In this document: piece after piece, positions 21,824-28,684 of the stretch
Layout of the letters: every line of letters starts with the position of its first letter
How positions within the stretch are numbered: the first letter of the stretch is position 1
Origin: Candidatus Kuenenia stuttgartensis
Lineage (GTDB): Bacteria > Planctomycetota > Planctomycetia > Pirellulales > UBA1268
Reading direction: 5' to 3'
DNA length: 53,418 nt
NCBI GenBank assembly: GCA_945883745.1
Contig: CAMCYH010000004.1
Coordinates: 1-53,418 of the forward strand
Made by a program: the position numbers and the translations under genes
The notes under the pieces: model-generated
Databases searched by the model: none
The model's input: the letters and a program-made list of their open reading frames with translations, nothing else
Told to the model about the DNA's origin: nothing

Positions 21824-21954
21824 GGGGTTGCCCGTGCCATCTCTTCGGACGTTTGCTACGGGCATCCTGCCCTTCGCTCACTCGATGCCAGCTTCGCTCT
21901 CGGCATCATGCCTTCGCTCGCTGACAACGCCGCCTCGATGGCACGGGCAACCCC
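21824..21954. repeat. 18-bp perfect inverted repeat with a 95-nt structured spacer, located between two minus-strand genes
   Basis: GGGGTTGCCCGTGCCATC (21824-21841) is the exact reverse complement of GATGGCACGGGCAACCCC (21937-21954). The spacer contains three CTTCGCTC copies and internal GATGCC/GGCATC pairing. Confidence 0.8.
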
Positions 21955-22013
21955 TCGCGGGTGCAGCACGGTGGATTGCGAGCTTTCAGGGCAGGAGTTG
22001 ATAGCTGGCTTTC

Positions 22014-23279
22014 TCACGCACTCCTTCCATGTTTCGGGAGGTCGGGGTGGACGTCGGGGCCGAAGTAGCGGAGCGAGACGAGCGGGCCCGGACCGGTGTT
22101 TTCGACCGTGTAGCCGGCGGCCCCGGCATCGGCGGAGATGAAGAGTTCGTCGGCGGTCATTTCGCCGAAGCGGATCAACGTGGGCGTGGCGACGTCGTGC
22201 CTGCCCACCCTGCCCTCGCCCTGTACCGTGATCCAGCCGCTGGCGCCGGCGTCCTTCACGGTGATCTTCGCCCCCGGCTCGAGCGTGAGCTCCTTCGCGC
22301 TGAAGAGCTGCTTGCCATCGACGTGGCCGTAGACGATCCAGCGATCGGTCGCGCCAGGTGCGCTTCGCTTCTCATCGACGATCGGCCGGAGGAAGTTGCT
22401 CTCCTTGTAGTGCGTGTCGACATTCTTCTCCCAGTCGAGCTGGCCGATGATGAAGTCGAGATCCTGGTGCTTCGCCTCTGGCATGTCTTTGACAAGGAGG
22501 CTCCATGGCACCGCCCGGCCCTCCACGAGCGACTGAAACATGGCAAACACGTCGCTGCCCCACTGCGGCTCGTACGTCAGCAGCGAGCCGGGGGCGTGCA
22601 ACACGCCCGGCGGAATCAGCCAGCCGGTGCCCCGCTCAAGCCGATAGGCCTTCGAGTGGCCGAGGATGCCGTTGTCGCCCCGGTTCCAGTTTTCAAGGCA
22701 GCGGCGGACGTCTTCCTTGGTCGTGCCGGGCTCGAGGCCCATGAACGTATAAGGAAAGTTGTTGTCGCAATTGTTGTATTGCGGCGGGAAGTAGTAGCTC
22801 TCGGGCTTGCCCTCCTGGCCGACGAGCTTGGCATCTTCCATCGACTGGTGCATGTGATGCGGGATCGGGCCCATGTTGTCGAAAAACTTCGAGTAGACAG
22901 GCCACTTCTGGTAGCGGTCCCAGATGGCCTTGCCGACGAGTTTTGCCCCGGCTTCAGCCACCGCATCGCGAAGCAAAAATCGCTCGCCTTCGAACACGCA
23001 CCACGAGAGCCCCTCGTCGGGCACACGGCCCTCATTGGCGGCCTCCGTTGTGCTGGCAAACCACCGCTCGTCGATGCCGCCGCGGTCGAGACCGTACGAG
23101 TAGTAATCGTCGGGGTGAAGGCGGACCCGCTTGCCGGGGTGAAGAAAACTGCGGGGCACCCAGGTGGGCGAGAGCCGGAGAATGCCCTGGCCGGCCTCGA
23201 ACGCCCTGTCGAGGGCGGAGCCGACATTCTTCGACTCAGGCAGCACGGCGGACTTCTTCGTTGCAGTGGCAGCAGCCAT
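22014..23279 (-). CDS. Cupin-fold protein, class I mannose-6-phosphate-isomerase-like (tentative)
   Basis: 421-aa ORF starting MAAATATKK (ATG at 23279 verified). The blocks KFFDNMGPIPHHMHQ and IPPGVLHAPGS resemble the metal-ligand and active-site blocks of type I PMI-like cupins. Co-oriented with the TIM-barrel and Gfo/Idh/MocA genes. Confidence 0.5.
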   Translation of the reverse strand: MAAATATKKSAVLPESKNVGSALDRAFEAGQGILRLSPTWVPRSFLHPGKRVRLHPDDYYSYGLDRGGIDERWFASTTEAANEGRVPDEGLSWCVFEGERFLLRDAVAEAGAKLVGKAIWDRYQKWPVYSKFFDNMGPIPHHMHQSMEDAKLVGQEGKPESYYFPPQYNNCDNNFPYTFMGLEPGTTKEDVRRCLENWNRGDNGILGHSKAYRLERGTGWLIPPGVLHAPGSLLTYEPQWGSDVFAMFQSLVEGRAVPWSLLVKDMPEAKHQDLDFIIGQLDWEKNVDTHYKESNFLRPIVDEKRSAPGATDRWIVYGHVDGKQLFSAKELTLEPGAKITVKDAGASGWITVQGEGRVGRHDVATPTLIRFGEMTADELFISADAGAAGYTVENTGPGPLVSLRYFGPDVHPDLPKHGRSA

Positions 23280-23408
23280 GAAAAACCCCTCACAGAAAGA
23301 CGATGGATCGAGAGACGAAGTTGTACGAATCGCGGGAAATGCCCGCAAGAACCCGAGTCCTGCACTCGATTTCAAGCAGCAGCCCGCCCGCTATCGAGCA
23401 CCCCCAGG

Positions 23409-23576
23409 AAGCCGCAGGGCGCAAGCCCGCGGGATGCCGCGCGAGTCGACTCTGCCGCCGGCCCCCGGGCTTGCGCCCGGGGCTATGTGATTGGCGCAGC
23501 GCGAGCCGTTCACCAGATCACAGCCGGCGCGAGCTGCTTCCCCACCTAGCCGCCAGGCGCGAGCCGGCGGGCTGCC
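23409..23576. repeat. Cluster C of the REP-like repeat family (one full unit in reverse orientation plus one degenerate half)
   Basis: AAGCCGCAGGGCGCAAGCCCGCGGGATG (23409-23436) ... GCCCCCGGGCTTGCGCCCGGGGCTATGTG (23461-23489) is the reverse complement of the cluster A unit. A degenerate copy CTAGCCGCCAGGCGCGAGCCGGCGGGCTGC lies at 23547-23576. Confidence 0.8.
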
Positions 23577-23690
23577 GCTCGATGCGGCTGCATGGGTTGT
23601 GGCCGGTGACTCCGTTGCAGCACCAGTTTCGGGCTCTCTGAATAAGCACGCACCATTCACTGCGCCTTGATCTAGATCAATAGTGTGGAA

Positions 23691-24677
23691 TCACTGCAGA
23701 CACGTGATCGCCGTGGCGAGATTAAGGACGGAGAGGGGGGCCGAGCCTTCTGCCTTGTTGTTGATCGTGATGAAGGTGTCACGGTCTCCTGCCGCGGCCT
23801 GGCGGGCGAGGATGGCGAGGGCGTCGCGGCTGACAGGGTCTTCCTCCACCAGGCGGTTGAATGGGAAATAGTCGGCTTTGGCCTCTTCATAGCCCCGGCC
23901 AGCGTGGAGGTTCCAGCGGACGACCAGCGGCAGCGGGCAGTCAGCGGCATCAAGCCCGCAGGCGGCGGCCTGCTCGGCCACGGGCGGCATTCGGGCGTGA
24001 ACGGCAAGGCATGGGACGGCGCCGCCGTCGTGGAGCGAGGCGGCAAACTCGTGCGACGCAAGCTGCGGATCACGAACCTCCGCAGCGTAGAGCGGGCCCC
24101 GAGGCAGCACGCTCATGAAGGCAGCGATGCGGGCGGTGAGCCGTGGCAGATCGGCGAGCAACCGGCGGCCAAATGGCGGAAACTGGAAGACGAGCGGGCC
24201 GGCCTTGGGCCCGAGGCCGGCAAGGCAGGGCCGCACGAACGTCGCGACTGCAGCGGCGCCGTCGAGGAATGACGGGTTGTCGCGGGCGGGCTCGCCGGAG
24301 CCGCCCTTGCGGATGGCGGGATCGGTGAACGCGGCCGGGGCTTTCACGACGAAGCGGAAGTAGTCGGGCACCTGTGCCGCGTAGGCCGCAAACTCTGCGG
24401 TCGTCAGCGGCGCGTAAAAAGTGCGATCGAGGCTCACGGTGCGGAGGAGCGGATGGGCGGCATAGGCGGCGAGGCCGTGGCGGGCGAGCGTCTGCTCGCT
24501 GGCTGGCTTGCCGTTCCGGTCGGCGTAGACGAGGCCTGTCCACCCGGGAAACGACCAGCTTGAGGTGCCCAGGTGAATGCGGGGCGGGAGGCGGGCCGCG
24601 AGGTCGCGGACGCGGTCGTCAACCGCCGCCGGATCAACGGCATCGAGATCGGCAAAAAGGGGACGTTGGGCGGACAT
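23691..24677 (-). CDS. DUF72 (YecE/UPF0759) family protein
   Basis: IHLGTSSWSFPGWTGLVY...LRTVSLDRTFYAP...FRFVVKAP matches the conserved DUF72 blocks. Confidence 0.85.
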   Translation of the reverse strand: MSAQRPLFADLDAVDPAAVDDRVRDLAARLPPRIHLGTSSWSFPGWTGLVYADRNGKPASEQTLARHGLAAYAAHPLLRTVSLDRTFYAPLTTAEFAAYAAQVPDYFRFVVKAPAAFTDPAIRKGGSGEPARDNPSFLDGAAAVATFVRPCLAGLGPKAGPLVFQFPPFGRRLLADLPRLTARIAAFMSVLPRGPLYAAEVRDPQLASHEFAASLHDGGAVPCLAVHARMPPVAEQAAACGLDAADCPLPLVVRWNLHAGRGYEEAKADYFPFNRLVEEDPVSRDALAILARQAAAGDRDTFITINNKAEGSAPLSVLNLATAITCLQ

Positions 24678-24852
24678 AGCACATGAGCGGGGAGTGTTAG
24701 AAACGTGTGAGGCCGCCGCGGGGCATTCCTTTCGGTGGATAGAGTAATGGATCGAGAGTCCGCTGCTGTGAAACCTGTGTTGAATTCAGATGATCAAGGG
24801 TATGGGTCGAGGGCAGCCTTGGTGGCGGATGATTTACAACCGTTAGGGCGAA

Positions 24853-26598
24853 ATGGTTTGCACCGGCATGATTGCGGCCCTTGATTTTCCGTCGTTCAGC
24901 GGCCTGCCGTGGATTGGTGTGCTCGGCCTCGTCTTCTTCGCGGCCGCTGGCGCAGCGGCTTCGTGGGCTGCGGCAAAAGTGGAGCGCGCGGCGGTCACAA
25001 GTTCGATGACCCGCGGCGGAATGTGGGCCAACGGGTTCAAAATCCTTGCCGCCAGCCTTGTTCCTGGCCTCCTCTTCCTCGGGCCCCTGCCACCGCTGCT
25101 GGCATCGATGGCGATCTATGGAGCGGGCCTTGTATTTGTCCAACTCCGCGATCGACGTGTGGCTGCCGACCAGCGGTGGCTGACCCGGCGGAATCTATCG
25201 GCTGTGATCTCCAAAGTTGGTGCCAAGTCGGCCAAGTCGCCGGCAGCCTCTGCCAAGACGAGCCCCACGTCGGTCCGGGAATGGATGCAGTCGTTTGCAG
25301 GCAAGGAGGGACGCCTGGCCAAGCCTGCGGCGGCCACCTCGCCCAAAAAGGGAGTGGCACCATCCGCCGAAGGCCCTTCGCTCAAGTTCGTGAAAAAAGA
25401 TGGCACCCCAATCCTCTCCAGCGCAGAAGACGGTGCGAATGTTTCCGACAACGTTCGGCGGGCCCAGGAGACGTTGTTGGCCGCCATCAAGGCCGAGGCG
25501 ACAGACGTCCACGTCGAGGCGCATGAACACGAATACGCCGTGCGGTATCGCGTCGATGGTGTTCTGCAAGACGCCTCGAAGATGGAGCCGCTTGCCGGCC
25601 GTGGGCTGCTGTCTGCCCTCAAAGTGATCGCCGACATGGACATCGCCGAGCGACGACGGCCGCAGGACGGCACGTTCGCCTTGCTGTGCGATGAGACGAA
25701 GTACGACGTCCGCGTCGCATCGACCCCGTCGAGCTACGGCGAAAAGATGGTGATGCGACTCCTCCGATCCTCGGGGGGCATCATGAATGCTGGCCTCGAT
25801 TCAATCGGCCTGCGGGGCTCGGTGCTCAAGCAGCTCCGCGAGATCATTCACAAGCCCTATGGCATGTTTCTGGTGGCGGGGCCGACCGGCTCAGGGAAGA
25901 CGACCACAGTGTATGCCTCGCTGAGCGAGATCGACGCCGCGCAGCACAACATCACGACGATCGAAGATCCGGTCGAATACCGGCTCGACGGCATCACGCA
26001 GATTTCGGTCAACACCAAGGCCGATGTCTCGTTTGCGAGCATTCTCCGCAGCGTGCTGCGGCAGGATCCCGACGTGCTGCTCGTCGGTGAGATTCGTGAC
26101 AAGGAGACGGCGGAGATCGCCTGCCAGGCGGCCCTTACCGGCCACTTCGTCTTTTCCACTGTGCATGCCAATGACACCACGGCCACCGTCACGCGGCTGC
26201 TGGAACTGGGGCTCGACCCGAGCCTCATTCAAACGGCCGTGACCGCCGTACTTGGCCAACGGCTGGCCCGCAAGCTCTGCCCCGACTGCAAGCAGGCGGT
26301 GCCCCCCCCCGACGGCCTCGCGAAAAAGTTCGATCTCAAGAAAAACAACGTCACTCATATCTTTCAGGAGAAGGGCTGCGAGAAATGCCGTGGGACCGGC
26401 TACAAGGGGCGCATGGGCATCCATGAACTACTGGTCATGAACGACGCCATCCGTGCGCGGATCACGAGCCAGCCATCGGTCAACGAGCTTCGCAAGGCCT
26501 CCTTTAAGGCGGGCACGCAGTCGTTGCAGAACGACGGGCTGATCAAGGTGGTCCGTGGCCTCACGAGCATCAACGAAATCCTGCGGGTTACGACATGA
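24853..26598 (+). CDS. GspE/PulE/PilB-family secretion ATPase with an N-terminal transmembrane anchor
   Basis: Walker A VAGPTGSGKTTT, Walker B DPDVLLVGEIRD, His box GHFVFSTVHAND, tetracysteine CPDC...CEKC, and RRPQDG in the N2 domain. The first ~95 aa form about 3 hydrophobic helices followed by a Lys/Ser/Ala/Pro-rich linker. No GSPII_E N1 domain. Confidence 0.85.
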   Translation: MVCTGMIAALDFPSFSGLPWIGVLGLVFFAAAGAAASWAAAKVERAAVTSSMTRGGMWANGFKILAASLVPGLLFLGPLPPLLASMAIYGAGLVFVQLRDRRVAADQRWLTRRNLSAVISKVGAKSAKSPAASAKTSPTSVREWMQSFAGKEGRLAKPAAATSPKKGVAPSAEGPSLKFVKKDGTPILSSAEDGANVSDNVRRAQETLLAAIKAEATDVHVEAHEHEYAVRYRVDGVLQDASKMEPLAGRGLLSALKVIADMDIAERRRPQDGTFALLCDETKYDVRVASTPSSYGEKMVMRLLRSSGGIMNAGLDSIGLRGSVLKQLREIIHKPYGMFLVAGPTGSGKTTTVYASLSEIDAAQHNITTIEDPVEYRLDGITQISVNTKADVSFASILRSVLRQDPDVLLVGEIRDKETAEIACQAALTGHFVFSTVHANDTTATVTRLLELGLDPSLIQTAVTAVLGQRLARKLCPDCKQAVPPPDGLAKKFDLKKNNVTHIFQEKGCEKCRGTGYKGRMGIHELLVMNDAIRARITSQPSVNELRKASFKAGTQSLQNDGLIKVVRGLTSINEILRVTT

Positions 26599-26622
26599 GC
26601 CATCGCCAGGCGGGAGGGAGCG

Positions 26623-27597
26623 ATGTTTGATCTGATCGTGGCCGGGGCCGTCGCCTATGCGGCTTGGTATGGCTCCAAGGCGGGGCCGGTGAGGATGACG
26701 ATCCAGGCGCTCGAGTTGACCGTGGCGGTGATCGCGGGCCTGCTGCTCCACGAGCCGCTTGCGAATCTTCTGTTGCTGGCCTTTGCGCAGGTTGAGCCGT
26801 TTCTCCCGTCCGACCTGCCGTATCAGATGGTCGCCGTGGCGGGAGCGTTTGTCCTCATCGCCGGCGGTGGGTACGGGCTGATCCGAGTGCAATATCATGC
26901 CAAGGATCCGCCGGTGCTCACGGAAGGCTCGAGCGATGAGGACGAAGAGCAGCCTCCGCTCCTTGATCGGGGGCTGGGCGCTGTGTCGGGCATGGCATTT
27001 GGAATCGTGGCCTGCGGTACCGTCTTTGTAGGGCTCTCGATGCTGCCGGTGCCCTCCCTGCTCCGGGTCAATCCGCAGACGATGACCTTCGACGTGGGGG
27101 GCATGGTGCTGCGGATGGCGGCAGCCTTCGAGCCCGATTGGCACGAGGGAAAGTCCTTGATCGTCTATGGTGAGCCGGCGAGCACGGCGTCTGATGCGAC
27201 GGCACTGCTGGCCAACGAGCCCTGGTTTGACGTCGATGAGGATGGACAACTCGGTGATGCTGATCGCTTCTCCGACAGCGATGAAAACGGTGCCTATTCA
27301 AAGGATCTCTACTTTGCTGATCTCGATGGCGATGGCATGCGGCGGATCGGACTGTACGAGAAATTTGCGGCTGGCCGCTGGGATCTCTATTTGATCTCGT
27401 CGACAAGGGAGCGGCCCGACCTGAAGAAGCCGGCCTTATCGCAGACGGAGGCTGGCGGTGAACAGGCGGCACAAGTTCCGCGTCAGCCAAATCCCGAGCC
27501 TCCGAAGCCACTTCCACCAACGGCACCCCCCCCTGTCGCTCCATTGGTGCGCCCTGAGCCAGAAAAGCCCAAGCCAGCCGATGATTCCGATTTCTGA
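26623..27597 (+). CDS. CvpA-like membrane protein with C-terminal EF-hand-like Ca-binding loops and a Pro-rich tail
   Basis: GGGAGGGAG RBS. The N-terminal MFDLIVAGAVAYAAWYGSKAG plus 4 TM helices resemble the CvpA family. The C-terminus has DVDEDGQLGDAD and DLDGDGMRRIG loops, then PEPPKPLPPTAPPPVAP. The start lies 24 nt after the GspE-like stop. Confidence 0.6.
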   Translation: MFDLIVAGAVAYAAWYGSKAGPVRMTIQALELTVAVIAGLLLHEPLANLLLLAFAQVEPFLPSDLPYQMVAVAGAFVLIAGGGYGLIRVQYHAKDPPVLTEGSSDEDEEQPPLLDRGLGAVSGMAFGIVACGTVFVGLSMLPVPSLLRVNPQTMTFDVGGMVLRMAAAFEPDWHEGKSLIVYGEPASTASDATALLANEPWFDVDEDGQLGDADRFSDSDENGAYSKDLYFADLDGDGMRRIGLYEKFAAGRWDLYLISSTRERPDLKKPALSQTEAGGEQAAQVPRQPNPEPPKPLPPTAPPPVAPLVRPEPEKPKPADDSDF

Positions 27598-27653
27598 GTG
27601 TCGACCCGGTTTCAGAGCGCAACCGATGGCAAATCAGAGGACTGAACGGCCAA

Positions 27654-28451
27654 TCACTCGGCAGTCCTATCGATGTCCACATTCAATCCAGGCTCCGCCC
27701 CGTCGGGTGACACGGGAGTAGCCGGCGGCTGCAGTTCAGCAGTCACCTTTTCGAGCACTGCATCGGGAATAAATACATCTCCCATATGGGGGGCGAGCGC
27801 CTCAGCCACGTCGGCATCGAGTCCGTCAATGCCGCCGAGCGAGAGGCTACCCACATGGGTAGCGAGAGCCGCGGCAGCTTCCGCCGACAATGATTTCAGC
27901 CCATCGAGTCGTAGATCACCAGTGTGCCCCGCGAGCGCTGCTGCCACATCGGGCTTCATCGCGATGAGCCCACCAAGAGAGAGTGTAGGAATTGATCCTT
28001 CGCCGCCAAACTCTGCGATAATCTCTTCAAATCGGGAGAGTTGGAGATCGCCCTGCTCGAAGGCCTCGCTCACGCGAGCTGCGATCGCCTCCGGATCAAC
28101 CGCCTTGCCCGCAGACCCGGCGTGAGTTGCAAGGGCCGCGGCCGCCTGTGGCGACAACGATGAGAGTCCATCAAGGAGAAGGTCACCTTCATACCGGGCC
28201 AGTACGGCTGCCACATCGATGGTCAACTCGGAGAGTCCTGCGAGGTTGAGAGGTCCCTTGTGTTCTTCCACCAATTGCTCAGCACGCTCAGCCGTCAGTG
28301 TCTTGATTGCCGTTGTATCTGCCGCAGATAGGCGGACGGCGATCAAGCCGTCGAACAAGACAAGAAGGCTCGGCACAAGCCACGAAATGATGACGCCCCT
28401 CTCAGGCGACCGTGGCCGGGCAACACATCGCAAAGAATTCTCGAAGGGCAT
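27654..28451 (-). CDS. Membrane-anchored/secreted protein with 23-residue LRR-like repeats (paralog 1)
   Basis: N-terminal hydrophobic segment. At least five 23-aa units of the form L.L.GL..L....A.ALA.H.G., for example LLLDGLSSLSPQAAAALATHAGS, LRLDGLKSLSAEAAAALATHVGS and LSLGGIDGLDADVAEALAPHMGD. Confidence 0.55.
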   Translation of the reverse strand: MPFENSLRCVARPRSPERGVIISWLVPSLLVLFDGLIAVRLSAADTTAIKTLTAERAEQLVEEHKGPLNLAGLSELTIDVAAVLARYEGDLLLDGLSSLSPQAAAALATHAGSAGKAVDPEAIAARVSEAFEQGDLQLSRFEEIIAEFGGEGSIPTLSLGGLIAMKPDVAAALAGHTGDLRLDGLKSLSAEAAAALATHVGSLSLGGIDGLDADVAEALAPHMGDVFIPDAVLEKVTAELQPPATPVSPDGAEPGLNVDIDRTAE

Positions 28452-28554
28452 AGCGACACAGCACCGCAGGAAATAAACCCGGCAGAAGTATCGGGTTGTA
28501 CGCTATCGACCGCAATCCTGCTGAACCGCTATGCAACGGCAAAAAAACACGTTC

Positions 28555-28576
28555 AATTTCATGAGAATTTCATGAG
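28555..28576. repeat. Perfect tandem duplication of an 11-mer (AATTTCATGAG x2) in an AT-rich divergent promoter region
   Basis: Read directly at 28555-28565 and 28566-28576, about 110 nt upstream of the TPR gene ATG (28685). Any regulatory role is speculative. Confidence 0.6.
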
Positions 28577-28684
28577 CAAGTCGATGCCAGTTTGGATCGA
28601 GTAAACTCTCGATCTGAGTCGCCGGTCGGTGTTCAACACATATTTCGTCGGCACTCGCCGCTCTCGCTTTTGTCGGTCGAAATC

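Noticed and set aside
19275-23549. Long plus-strand ORFs (19275-20540, 20720-22141, 22029-23549) opposite the sugar-module genes.
   Set aside because: They are antisense shadows of well-supported minus-strand genes. Their translations are Arg/Gly/His-rich and motif-free. The same reasoning applies to 2558-3823(-), 7654-8919(-), 15836-16957(+), 36735-38045(+), 45042-46553(+), 49394-50389(-) and 50979-52487(+).
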